A stretch of 64,000 nt of DNA from Bugula neritina (Eukaryota > Animalia > Bryozoa): NCBI GenBank assembly GCA_964035545.1, contig OZ037771.1, positions 11,660,480 through 11,724,479 on the forward strand, written 5' to 3'. Shown piece after piece: positions 1-13,009 of the stretch (position 1 is the stretch's first letter; the number at the start of each line of letters is the position of its first letter). Both the position numbers and the translations under genes were made by a program. The notes beneath the pieces are model-generated. The model did not search any database and was not told where the DNA came from. It saw only the letters and a program-made list of their open reading frames with translations.

Positions 1-811
1 ATGCGTATACACTCCCTCCTCCCCTTCCATCCTCAGAGCGGAAAAGACACAGACAGCCGACTTCCTCTCGCTCGTCCCCCTGGGCCCGCAACCTACGTGA
101 AGTAGAAGCTAGGGCACACGACTTGGAGCAAGAAGTGTACAGACTGGCCCCACGGGTGCAGGCTGCATCCAGTGAACTCAAATATTTACAGGAGTCTATT
201 AAACGCATAAAGCGTGCGGCCCGCAGTTAACTAGAGTCTATCTCCAACTCCATACTACTCTTCCTCTACCTCTCTGTGGCATTCCCTACCGTTATGGTGG
301 CACGTACTCTACATGTAGATAGGACCTTCTCTTACTTATTACATATTGTGCACGTTATATATATACCTGTATATTTTATCAGTTGTTGTTTTTTTTGTAT
401 ATACTTTTATACTGTTCTCTTACCCCCCCCCCCCATAACGAAGTATACGTTTTTTTATGTGAATCTTATTTTTATCAGAAAGAGGGCTTTCTGCTGGAGG
501 GGCAGTGTGGTGGCTCGTGGAGCTACCAGCAACACAATACGCAAGGTTGCGTATTGACCCGGAACAATGTATTAGCCAATTAGCTAGGCTGTTTTATGAG
601 TAATAGTAGCAGCTTCGCGCTACTAGCTCAGTTGAGGATAGTGCTGTAAATTAAATAGACGTGTGTATCATTACTGTTGTACATTAGATTTTATTATGTA
701 TTCTTGTATTAAAATATAACGATATCTACTCGACTTAACTCGGTGAAGTTTCTCTAGTGATAAATAGACTCTCTTGGTGGCACATCAACCCTAAATCTGA
801 AAATCATAACA
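1..811 (+). mobile_element. 3' end of Ty3/Gypsy LTR retrotransposon (element 0): tail of accessory ORF, T-rich tract, hairpin/PPT, 3' LTR 506-811
   Basis: The PPT-like cagaaagagggctttctgctggaggggcag resembles those of elements A and B. It is followed by TGTGGTGGCTCG...ATCATAACA, which is homologous to the 5' LTR of element C (28007-29105). Confidence 0.88.
3..230 (+). CDS. C-terminal part (basic region and coiled coil) of the retrotransposon accessory zinc-finger ORF; the 5' part lies outside the window
   Basis: Manual translation gives ...ARNLREVEARAHDLEQEVYRLAPRVQAASSELKYLQESIKRIKRAARS*, which aligns with the element B C-terminus NLKEVEIRMYDLEAEVQRLTPRVAAAASELKTLK. It is absent from the ORF track because there is no start codon in the window. 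Confidence 0.8.
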   Translation, partial: AYTLPPPLPSSERKRHRQPTSSRSSPWARNLREVEARAHDLEQEVYRLAPRVQAASSELKYLQESIKRIKRAARS

Positions 812-1832
812 ATATTCATAGTACTACGTTTATTAGTTAGCAATAGTATTTTTAGTCATACTCTATTACCATTAGGCTTATACTTACTCTTAGCATTACG
901 GTGGACGTAATAATACTAAGAGTATTATATAAACTGAAAGTGAGGTCACCTTCCAAGCTTTATAGTTTCACTTAGAAGTTGCTTCTAGTTAAGTAGACGT
1001 AGTTGAAGTATTGGTAGTAAAGTTACATACTTTAACTTTCAAATTCATTGATGATTGAACTCGAAGAAATTAAATAAATATCAATATAATATACTGAATC
1101 GTAGTTAATTGCTACCAAGTAATTTGCTCTTACAGTCTTACAATCTTAGTTAATAACGTGAAGACTGAAGGCCCTTTTGGCCTTGAGTTTGAGTGACTTA
1201 ATTTTATCATCAATCATTATGATTATGTGGTGAATTTGATTACATTCAGTCCGAGTCCTTATTTCAAATTAATGGAAAGTAGTAAAACTCTCACAAGAAA
1301 CTTGCAGTGACATTAGTAAATAATAAAAACTATAAATGTGACACGGTCTCTGTTAGTATAACGTGTACTACGGTTGCGGTACCTAGCAGAAATGGTAAGT
1401 TGACTCTGACTGTGGGAAACCCCCTGTTGCTATGCGTTGTTATAGATCTTGAACTGTCTGTTTCGCAAATGAAACTTTACCGATCGTTGCCGATGTTGAT
1501 AACGTATCCAATTAGATGATGACTCAATCAGCAATCATTGTGGTTGCGACGAGCTACCCGGCTTGTAGAGTAGACAACTCGTTGTTTTAATTCAATGAGC
1601 ATCCTTAACTAACTTTTCACACTGTTTTTGATAAGACTATCAACTATGTATATAGTATATACGTTTTCATACTATATAACTATATTTGTCTGATTGAGAA
1701 ACTAATCAAATGCTACTCTTATAAAAAAAAACTTAAAGAAACAATATTTGTGTGAATGACAAGAAGGAAGAACTTTTCAACAGCAATTAGTGGAAGAAGT
1801 TATTTCTTTTATAAAAATATTATCATATGGCT
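812..1832 (+). repeat. About 1 kb duplicated non-coding block, copy 1 (paralogous to 11543-12619 plus 17994-18160)
   Basis: Colinear shared blocks include atattcatagtacta, aagaaacttgcagtgacattagta, ctacggttgcggtacctag and gagtagacaactcgttgttttaatt. Confidence 0.9.
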
Positions 1833-2049
1833 GCACTAGTTTCGACAAAAAAATCTGAATTACAAGCAGGTCATGACCTTAAAGGTGCAACCCTATAGCC
1901 TGCCTGCCACCGTGCCCTTACATTTCTGCTATATACGCCCATACCATATATTACACAGCCCTTATTACACACAACATCTGCAGGATCAAACTCCCTTACA
2001 GTTTTAGTTAGGGCTTCATATTGTATTGTTTTGGAAAGTTATATGTATT

Positions 2050-4680
2050 TATTATAGTATTTTACTTAAATTATACAGTATATTACAATATATCACAGAC
2101 CATCATATTCTAATATATTGCAGCTTTTTACAGTGTACTACAGTGTTATACAATATATTGCAGTGTAATACAGTAGATATTTAAATACACTGCAGTATCT
2201 TTCAATGTTTTACAGTATATTACAGTGTATTACAGTACAATACAACGCATTGAGCGGTTTGACATTGTAAATTACAATGTATTACAGTATGCGGAACGTT
2301 GGAACTTATTAGAGCATATTATAGTTTTATAGTACATTAAAATGTATTAAAGTGTCTTGTGGTATATTACAGTATAATTTCTAGGTTTATCAAATTTTGT
2401 TACAGTATAATTATCACAAATTACAGCGTAATACAGTATATTGTTGTAAATTTATGCTTCACTGCAATCAATGGATTTATTTATTGAAAGCCACTTCACC
2501 AGGTCTGCTAATTAATAAAAATTTATTTACTGCTAATAACACAGGAATAAAATGTATAACAACTAACACAAACTGTTACATAATAGAGAGCTATCAGTAC
2601 ACAACTTTACAGTAGCATTATCAAGTCCTCTCTGCCAGCTAGTCAATTAGGCAAGCTTCACTATACATACACAGCTCCGCCTACTACTAATTATTGTTTG
2701 TGTCCCATTGGCTATCACGGTGGTGCCATAGCACTAAGAGCTGACATGATGCCTACTGCACCAGGTCTCAAGTCAGCTGCGGGGAGTTTTCCTTTTGATA
2801 TAAACATACATCATATAAAATCTCTACAATATTGCGACGCTTAGATTATATCACATTCTAATATTGCAGTATTTTGCAGTGTATTCTAAAATAATGCGGT
2901 GAATATAAAAGTTTGTTACATTGTGTTACAGTGTATTGTAGTGGATTTCAGATATGCATCATCACCCCCAGTATAGCCTGTGGTCTCAATCATGTTACTC
3001 AGTATGCTACTTGAATTATCATTACTCATGCTATGGTTATATAACTCTTCTCTAACACATGTATATAACAAACTCATATGTTGGGGTCATGTGGTACACA
3101 GCTTTCTTAATGGAACGACACTCACCAAGATGACGCAATGTATGTGACGCCATCTTGGTGAGTGTTAACCAATCAAGAATGCCAGGCCATGTCTGCTGCT
3201 GCTAGTTTAGCTCTATTGCACCAATCAAGTGGCAAGACACAATCATATATGAGTAGGATGCATTGCTCTAGCCCAGCAATTGGACTTTGGTACTATACCC
3301 ATGTGACGTTCTGGATTATATTGTTAAGCATCTTATATGACGTATTATTGTGCATTTTCTACTGTTGTAAAGAGTTAGACTTGTACTCTTATTCAGTAAG
3401 TCTACATTACAAGTTCCTGACTGACAAATGATTTCTTCTCTCTCACAGAATAAGAAAGAGGTTATGTTCTAGTGTTGGCTTTTCAGAGTGTACTACAGTG
3501 TAATATAATATACTGCAGTGTATTACAGTATAATATTACATTATATTACAAAATATGTTGCAATCTATTACAGTATATTATAATGTATTACAGTATATTA
3601 CAGTATAATACAATATCTCAAGGTGTGTTGCATGCTATATATTACAGCTTTTGCAGTATATTACAGTGTAATACAATATATTAATTACAGTGTATATTAC
3701 AGTATAGTACAATATATCACATATAACAGTACATTGGAGTGTATTAGAATACATTACAATGTAAAATAATGTAATAATATATTGTACTAATTTCACTGCA
3801 ATATACAGAACTATCTTGTAATATCCTCTAATACACTCCAATGTAAAATACAGTGTATAAAAGTGTATTACAATATAATGCAGTATATTACAGTGTGATA
3901 CATTATATTATATTATATTACAGCATTTTGCAACGTATTAGGGTGTATTACTGTATATTACATTGAATTGCAACATATTGAGGTGTATTGCAGTGTGTTA
4001 CTAAGTCTAATACAATAGTTTGTGATGCATTGAATCATATTACAATTTATTACAGTATATTCAAGTGGGTTAAATTGTATTATAAGGATATTATAATACA
4101 TTACAGTATATTACAATGTATTACAGTACGTTACAATGCATATTACAGTATACTACGGTATGTTACAGTGTATTACAGTCTGTTTAAGTGTGTTACAATG
4201 TATTATAATGTATTAAAATGCACTACAGTATATTACAATGCATATTACAGTATACCACGGTATGTTACAGTGTATTATAGTATATCACAATGCATATTAC
4301 AGTATACTATGGTATGTTACAGTGTATTATAGTAGATTACAATGCATATTACAGTATACTACGGTATGTTACAGAGTATTACAGTATATTGCAATGCATA
4401 TTACAGTATACTACGGTATGTTACAGTGTATTATAGTAGATTACAATGCATATTACAGTATACTACGGTATGTTACAGAGTATTACAGTATATTGCAATG
4501 CATATTACAGTATACTACGGTATGTTACAGTGTATTACAGTATATTACAATGCATATTACAGTATACTACGGTATGCTACAGTGTATTATAGTATATTGC
4601 AATGCATATTACAGTATACTACGGTATGTTACAGTGTATTACAGTATATTGCAACACTAGACAGTGCATTATTATAGCAA
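2050..4680. repeat. Degenerate (TACAGTRTAT)n satellite, with a homogenised 52-bp higher-order array at about 4135-4655
   Basis: The 10-bp tacagtatat motif runs throughout. The unit aatgcatattacagtatactacggtatgttacagtgtattatagtagattac recurs at a 52-bp period (e.g. 4341, 4393, 4445). Confidence 0.9.
2442..2806 (-). mobile_element. Probable solo LTR in reverse orientation within the satellite
   Basis: TGTT...AACA termini. The minus-strand end cctggtgaagt...aataaata...ttgattgca...aca resembles the U5 end of the element C LTR. The TSD is imperfect (tatat/tacat). Confidence 0.45.
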
Positions 4681-5472
4681 TTAACAGCTGGACACACACT
4701 AAGCTATCAAGGAGGAGATAACCAGTTCAATGCATACTTGCACACATATTGACATTAATGAGAATTTTCCCTAAATTGAAGGAAAACACCTATTCTGTGC
4801 AATACTACACAACAATGTTCTTCCATAACTTTATTTTACAATTCATTTTTATACTCTATTACAACTGATTTAGCATTTTTCAGGTTGAGTAGGAAATGCA
4901 GAGACAAGAAACTGTTAAACACAGAGCTCTGCTTAGCCTTATCCTAGCATATCTTTGTTATATATTACTATGTATTGAATTAGGAGAGAAGACTTTAGGA
5001 GACTACTGTAAACTCCAACTCAATGTTACTAACTGACATCCTAAACCAATGATACTTGTTGGTCATTATTGTATGTTACATGATAGCACAACTTTTACCA
5101 TGACAAACCCCTTAATCAATATTTGATTTATAATTATAAATTTATTTCCACACATTGAAAAATAGAGGTACTGTAATAACTGAAATAGCCAAACTAAAGA
5201 GAAAAATTTGCAATTGTAAATATAAAATAAAAAATATAGCATATTAATTCACTTTTGCACATCATAATTAGCATTTGTACAAAAAATTAAATAAGAACAT
5301 ACATTTGCAAATTTTCAAAAAAGTTCACTAGATAATAATAATACGTAGGAAATATACTTTGTGACTTTGATATGTAGAAGTCAGTAGTGACTCAACTAGT
5401 ACACTAGATGAGTCATTGTCATTACAGAATATAACTTGAGTATTCAAGATGATACATGAACCTGAGTTATAT

Positions 5473-8400
5473 TCAGTTGAGTTGGTAAAACAACACCTTC
5501 ATCTCATCATATCTTGGTACAATCAGAGTATTCCCAGAAACATACAAATCATAGACACTAGATGAAGATCTTTCAGTAGAATCAGAAAGATGAGTCACAA
5601 CTTCTCCTGCAATGAAATAATAAAAATTAATACAAATCATATCAGTTACACTTATAAAGCATACAGGGAGCATTACAAATAGAGAGCGTAATTCCCAGTA
5701 TATCACAGCACCAATATAAGTTATACAGAGCCTATAACAGTATGTATATAAAGTAGAGTACACTGGTACTAACATATTACGTAAAGATCTCACCTGTATT
5801 ACTATCCAGTAACCAGAGAGTAGGTGTAGTACTATTATTCATCACATAAACCATTCCTCTCTGATACGCCACACCTTGAGGTTCACTCACGTGTTGAGAC
5901 TCCCAACAGATTTTGCCGTTCGAAATGTCAAGTTTAAAGACTCGGGAGGAGTCAGTGTCAGATATAACAACAAAGTTAGTCCCCACACTACAGATAGCTG
6001 TAGCTTCAGAATCTGTCAGTAGAGGACAAGGGAGGCTTTTCTGTACCTCCCCAGTAAAAGAGTAGAAAGTGAGTGACTTACTAGTACGACTAGGGACTAT
6101 AATCAGATCATTCACTACTGTTAATTTGTTGTAAAAACCTTTGCCGTTGCCAGACCACTTGGTAACTAACTCCCCAGACAAGTCATGGACACAGACTGTA
6201 TAGTTACTCTCAGCACCCACTAAACTGAATACTCTGTCATTATATACTCTCACACATTCCACAAAGCTACCAAGGTTGACAAGGGAATCACCTAATTGGT
6301 ATTCTCCATTGATCAGTTTTATAGTTTTATCATCCAACCCCATATAAGTCATACCTTCATGTTGAAATACTGAGTTACACTTTGATGGGACGTCCACAGT
6401 ATGGGATATGGTCATAGACTGAGGGACAAAACCAGTAGTTTTTAATCCATGTGATACAGTGACTTCTCCATACTGTGGGTAAACAATTCCTACTTCAAGT
6501 ACTCTTTTTTCATCTAAAGTTTAAGAGATATTAACCTATGATAGTTGAATGTTAGCAAGCATTTATACTTATACTAAGAGTAATTATTGAAGGATTGATA
6601 GACAGAACTTGCAAGTGAATATATACAAAGTAAAATTTGTATACTATATAATTACTGAGTTACTTATAAATTTACTAGTAAGATTTGTCCTCCAATGTGC
6701 GAAAACAGAAAAGAGAATTTGGAAAAAGCTACTAGCCTGAGAAATGCATACACTTTGCATGCATAAATTTATGAGTATGAATTGTTTTCATGTTTGGCAA
6801 AGCCAAAAAGGAGACTTTAGAAAAAGCTATTTGCATAAAAACAGTTATAATTATTTTCACTAAAGAAAGACAACCCCTTTCATGAAATACTATTTTACTA
6901 ACCTTTGACCTCCAGAGTTGCTATGTTATGCAGTGTGAGTGAAGGTAGATTGTCAGACACCAACTTGCTCATACTGTCACATATTTCTTCATACCTGGTC
7001 ACCAGATCTACCTGTATGTGTACTAATCATAGTAAATTATGAGATATAAACACATTCATGGTATTATAATGAGTATATAATAGCCATTTTCCTTTTGAAT
7101 ATACAATATTTTGATATTAATTCCAAGGAAGAATCTCACATTTCAAAATAAAATTGTGATATAAATTCCAATTGATGATAACTGACTGTGAAATAACCTG
7201 TAGATCTCATTGCATATTTGATTAGGTATTCCAGAGTAAAGACAAAATATCAGTTTGATTTGTCGATATCTGCAATAAACAATCTGTAGCACAATTTATC
7301 TCTTAGGTTGCACTAAACTCGGAGTATATCGATGACAAGCTGCGTCCACAGCATAGTCGTAGCTCTGAAATACAGCCACTGGGCAAAAGTATGTGATAGT
7401 GGATGAGTAATGTTATATAGCAAAATTATCTTGGTAGTTATTTTGGTGTAGTTCTGTGTAGAGGTGAGAAATAAATACAAAACTGACCTAGCTCAGTATA
7501 CCATCAATATGTTTTACCTGCAGTAATACACAGTTGGCCTGTAACAATGCAGGTAAATTTCGAAGTTATCAACACAATAACATTTATTGCCTATAATATG
7601 AATGAACCACTAAATTTTTATGATTGGAAGTGATTGCTGTATGATTGTTTATCACCTTAAGATAAGTACTTTCCTGAATATAAGAGTTCTAGTCATTAAA
7701 ACTCCCCCACATGATCAGTTTTTTCTTAGTTATAAAATATTTAGATACTAAAATTCCACAACAGTCAACACAGTACATGATAATAGAGCACCTGGTGGCA
7801 GCTGTCAAGTTTAGCCTCCACTTGAAGTTTATGTCTACTCAGCTCTGCCCATTTCACTCCAACATTTTCCTCCATGAAACGAAGCATATCAGATTTTACA
7901 GTCTGCCTCAGTTCCACTAAATCTTTTTCTAATTTCCTGTACTTCATTTGTATTGCTTCCACCTAGTGAATACATCAACCAGGTTATAAACTCATGCAGG
8001 CAATTTTATAGTAGTTATCCCTGTGCGAACCCCATATGGAAAAGTTTTCTCTAAATCGTGCTAAAGAGGTATTCATATATAGGCACAGATGCAATTATGA
8101 TTTATCAAGCAGGCTTTGCTGTGCTACAATTGTAAATGAATTGAAATGTGTATTAGCACAGCTATACTTATGAAAACAAAATAGTCTAACAAAAGAAGCA
8201 GGTAAGAAAAGGTGAGAGTAAAATTAAAAGTACGCAGGTATATTTTAGAGATATATCTCTTATTACACACCAGAATTTAGTTTATTCATCGATTTATTAC
8301 CTCAGTATACCTAATGAAAAACTATACAAAGTACTAATCTAGATATAAGTCGGCTAACTTTCAGCAGAAATTCACCTGTCTAGATGGAAAGCAATATAGC

Positions 8401-10525
8401 CCAGCTTACTGCCCAATAAGAAATTAAAGCTCGGGCTTTACTCAGTTTCAGAGCACCTGTCCCACCAACTAAGAATTGTATGCAAAATTTACCATAGCAT
8501 GGCAAACCTATCACTGAATGAACAACCAGTGAATGGTACACTAGAATAATTTTTTTAACAGCATACAGATATTACTAATGCTTGTAGCAAACATAAATTC
8601 AACGAAAAAGTGCTTTGATAATCATCAAGGAGTCTCCAATATAAACAAACTGCTTACACTTCACTGTTACAGCACAAAAAGCATATGACAGGATGCTGTA
8701 ATTATATTACATGTCAAATAATGAAAGATATTTCTGTTTAGTTTTACTTCCTGTAAGACATTGTCAACCAATTACTATCCAATCCAGTCCAACCTGTTCA
8801 ATACAAGTCTTCCGGAGTGTTCCAATCATCTCCTCCGTCTCTTTCTCAAAACACGATACAACTTCAGATGTTTTCTTGAATAAACTGGAGAGTTGTTCTT
8901 CCCTGTCAGTTACTTGAACTTTCAACTCATCAATTTCTGTTCTTAGTTTCAACATAAGCATGTCTAGAGACATGAGTAGATGTGTCGAGCCTACAGCAGA
9001 AATTAATAAGAAATGATAACAGCATTAAAGTATTATTAGAGGTCCCAACTGTTTAAAGGGGTGTTTATACTTTTGTCAATATAATTATAAGCAAGGAGAT
9101 TTTATTTAAAATGCTGCAGCCTTATTCAACGCTTGTAAAGTGAAGCAAAGTGATAATAAAACACCAATATCAACAAGGAAATATCTTCCCCTTTGATTCT
9201 GATACTGAAATTGGCAAACTCATTTACCACATATAAAAAAAATTGACAAATGGTTAATACAATGCAATACAACATGGCGCAATTTTCAACTCGGCCAAAT
9301 TGAAACTCTGAATAAAAACCGGGACGATATAAACGAACTATTAGTGCCCAAGGTAAACAGAAATGGTCACATAACTCCCAATATTATTGAAATGTCATAT
9401 AAACAAGATGTCTAACAGATTCCTACCATCAGTACAATTAGATTCTTCAGCTGAACACTCTGCACACACAACAGAGAGACAACTCCTACAAGCCATACTA
9501 TACTCTGTATTCTTATGTACAGTGCAGAATCTTGGTGTTAGTTGTTGAGCTTTTAGTCTGTATTCACTGATAGGAATTGTAGAGTGATTTGTATGTAGTT
9601 CTTCGTGCATCTAAACAAATATTAAAGATTGAGTGAGTGTTATTGCATAAACCAGAAAAAGGCTCTTAATTAGACAGTTATGCCAAAAACTTAATCAGAA
9701 TGAACAGAAAAATAAAAAACTTGATCCCACTGTTTTGCATAGTGCTGCCTAAACAGATATATTTTAATGAAATGAGAGTAAACAACTTCTGTTATCTCTG
9801 CTATTTATCTTGTAGTTGGCTTCAATTATGAGCTCCTACTTCTGCTTTCTCTATGACTATAAAACCTAACTTTGGTTTGTATAAGACAGAGACTAGTAAA
9901 CATTTACCTCTTGATGTTTAGCACAGTATTTGGCTGAACAAGTTGTACAGTAAGTAACTGCAGCCTCATTTAAAACTCCTTTTTTAGAGCAAGTGTCACA
10001 ACAGGAGTTGTCTACTCTACATGGGAGATTGTTTACTGGAATGTCAAACACTTTTCTATAAGAAAAACAACATAAATGTGAGATAAAATCAAATATCTGA
10101 CAACAGAAACAGGTTTTCAAAAATATCAAAATGATGGACTGTTGAGCTCTATCAATTATTTACAGTTTATTATAAAACAGCATATTTTAGTGATCAAATA
10201 CTTTTCAAAGAGTTAGAAGAATGTATATATACAATACCAAACAGCTTGTTTACTCTGTTAGTAATGAATAAAAATCCACAAATAATGAAATAATTTTTAA
10301 ATAGAAAGTTTTGTAAACACTCTTTGAAAAAAGTAGAGGTGAGACAACCATGGCTAGAATTTACCTGCAGAAAGGGCATCTCAGAACACCCTGAATACTG
10401 AGATAATCCAACAAACAACTGAGACAATGTGAATGACCACATGGCAAGTATCTGGGGTCATCAATTTCTTCCGCTTTTTTCAAACAAAATCCACATTCTG
10501 TCTGATTCTCCACAGAGTCGGACAT
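5473..10525 (-). CDS. TRIM-type E3 ligase-like protein: RING (C3HC4), B-box1, B-box2, coiled coil and C-terminal NHL-like beta-propeller; about 607 aa
   Basis: Exons 10525-10365, 10055-9908, 9610-9427, 8990-8794, 7962-7792, 7011-6903, 6513-5794 and 5606-5473 have GT-AG introns in consistent phase (total 1824 nt). RING: CGFC..PRYLPCGHSHCLSC..CPFC. B-boxes: CDTC..YCTTCSAKYCAKH and CTVH..CRSC..VCAEC. Propeller-like EPQGVA repeat. Confidence 0.88.
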
Positions 10526-11542
10526 ACTTCTAAAAACAACTAAATAATGTCAATAAAGCAAAAAATATAACTCAAGTAAATTAAATGAGAAAAAGAAAAT
10601 AATGATGCCACTAAAGCCAATAGTATGACTCAAGATAATTAAATAAAATCATTTCAAATAAATTTGATGTATTTCAAATCAGACTTAAAATGTTTAAATA
10701 TTAAATAAATTTACAAGAAAGTGAGCTAACCAAGAGAGTTCTAAGAATTCAAAAATAGAGAAGGAACTGGTGGAAGAAGCACCAAATGAGCATGCAGATC
10801 AAATGGAGATCGGCCAAGATAAAGAGCCCTTAGGCCCATGTAAATAGTAAAGATCTTACAGGAAACTGGCGAACGAATTAATAAAGTACTAGACAGTGTT
10901 GAGATCAATAATGTTACAGAGATGAATGACGTCATCATTGTGTAAAAAATATAGTGGAGAAATTTGATTTATTGACCATTAAAGATCCAGCCAAATGGGG
11001 AAATTTTGAAAATTTTCAACATATTATATGTTAGCTACTCATGGAGGCTCTTGAAAAATAAATACTAATAAATTGAAGAGATTTTGTGAAAACATTACAG
11101 TTTAAAAAAAGAAACAACTTGTATGTGGAGAAAGTTAATATGAGAGTCAGAGAAACTCATCTTCAAAACTATTTATGTTAAAAGTTACCTAGTACTAATA
11201 GTTATAATGATTTGTGTGCTTTGACTTTTGAAATTTTGCGAAGCTGTAGGTGTATAACTACTGCTTTTATTTAGAACTACGAAAAAAAACTTTTTATCAT
11301 CAATTTCACCTAAGCTTTTGTTGAGTAATTATTATTATGATCAGAGTAACACTGAGTTTAGGAGCGTCAAGAGAAAAGGCGGAGGTACAGCCACAGAAGA
11401 ATTCCTCTTCTCAATCCTTGGCGTTCCAGCTATCCTAAGAGTTGTGATCACTTAAACTCCCAAAAGTACTCATATTCACATTGATATTCATACCAAATGT
11501 AAGCGTTAACTTTCAATAATACTATTAGTATTACTATAAGCG

Positions 11543-12619
11543 ATATTCATAGTACTAAGTATATTACTGTTAGCAATAGTATTGTTAGTTGTACTACATT
11601 ATCATTAGACTTACACTTACTCTTGGCATAACAGTGGACGTAGTAACACTAATACTAATAGTAATACTAATGTAATAACTATAAGTATAGAAGTAATAAG
11701 TAATAAGTACTATAGTATTATAAATTATTATATAACCTGAAAGAAAATCCCCTTTCAAGTTTTGTAGTTTCACTTCTACTCTTGGAAGTACTGGTTGAAG
11801 TACTAGTGTCTAGTAATGAAATTACTTACCTCTAATTTGATTAAACTTAAAGAAGCTAAATGAATATCAATATTAATATATACTCTTAATAACTCAGTCT
11901 TAAGTCTATCGTAGTCTAAGTCACCTGTTATTTAGTAATTTACTCTCAGTCTTAGTCTTACAGTCTTATGATCTTAGTCCATAGAGTGAGGACTAAGCCT
12001 AAGGGCCCATTGGGCGTCGAGTGATTTAATTTTATCATTAAATGTAATGATTAAATTTAATCATTATGATATTGCTTTATATTAATCATTATGATTCAGA
12101 TTATGATTTTCATTATGATTATCATTGACATTATGATTATCATTATCATTATCATTATCATTATGTTGTAAATATCATTACACGCAGTCTGAGTCTTTGT
12201 TTCATGGGAAGTAGTAAAACTTTTGCAAGTATAAGAAACTTGCAGTGACATTAGTAGTAAAAACTATAAATATGACACGATATCTATAAGTATAACATTG
12301 AAACAATATAATGTAGTTTTGCTACGGTTGCGGTACCTAGTAATCTAGCGGAAAGTAATGGCAAGTTGACTTTGACTATGGGGAAACCCCTTCCTGATGA
12401 GTGTTGGGATGGATCTTGAACTGTTCGTTTCGGAGATAACACTTTACGAAACTTTGCCGATGCTAAAAACGCATCTAATTAGATGATGAACTGATCCGCA
12501 ATAATTGTCATTGTGACAAGCTGCTTAGCTTGAAGAGTAGACAACTCGTTGTTTTAATTGATACAAAATCCGTAACTAACTATTCACACTGAATTTGGTA
12601 TGTATATTATATATAGTAT
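11543..12619 (+). repeat. Duplicated non-coding block, copy 2, upstream of the TRIM gene; interrupted by element A and resuming at 17994-18160
   Basis: Homologous to 812-1832. Copy 1 shows the empty site (single GTAT in tatatagtatatacg). Confidence 0.88.
12381..12390. promoter_or_regulatory. Candidate NF-kB/Rel site GGGAAACCCC (also at 1414-1423)
   Basis: Matches GGGRNNYYCC and is identical in both copies of the duplicated block; about 1.9 kb upstream of the TRIM ATG. Confidence 0.4.
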
Positions 12620-12975
12620 TGTAGTGAGTCATGCAAAGTACAAATACGGGAATCGCCCTCTCTCTCTTCTGGGAATACTAAGACCCTTATGTAGCAACCA
12701 ATTAGCAGCACCGGAAGGTATGCTTCCGACTCACGTGACACTTCCCGCGGGGTATTAACAATTTATCACGTTGTTGTAAGCGGAGGCTTGAAGTGAAAGC
12801 ATGTGTTAGTAGTTGACTGATGTATAGGATAATTTGATGTGATGTTTACTTTATGCTTTATTGTGGATAATTAATATAATTTCTCGACAGCTACCCTAGT
12901 AATTGCTAGCAGAATAACCAACTAACTATACGCAAGTAGATAACTCACGCACAGTAATTGCACAAATTACTACAG

Positions 12976-12993
12976 TGGTGGCAGCGGTGGGAT
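12976..12993 (+). promoter_or_regulatory. Primer-binding site complementary to the tRNA-Leu 3' end (identical at 18710-18727 and 29107-29124)
   Basis: TGGTGGCAGCGGTGGGAT is the reverse complement of ATCCCACCGCTGCCACCA, the 3' end of metazoan tRNA-Leu(AAG/TAG). It starts 1 nt after each 5' LTR. Confidence 0.9.
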
Positions 12994-13009
12994 CTTGCGT
13001 ATAGCAGTC

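Noticed and set aside
3079-3480. Possible solo LTR with an internal palindrome (ctcaccaagatg/catcttggtgag)
   Set aside because: No convincing paired termini or TSD could be defined.
3472-4677. Tyr/Cys-rich ORFs
   Set aside because: They are translations of the satellite in all three frames.
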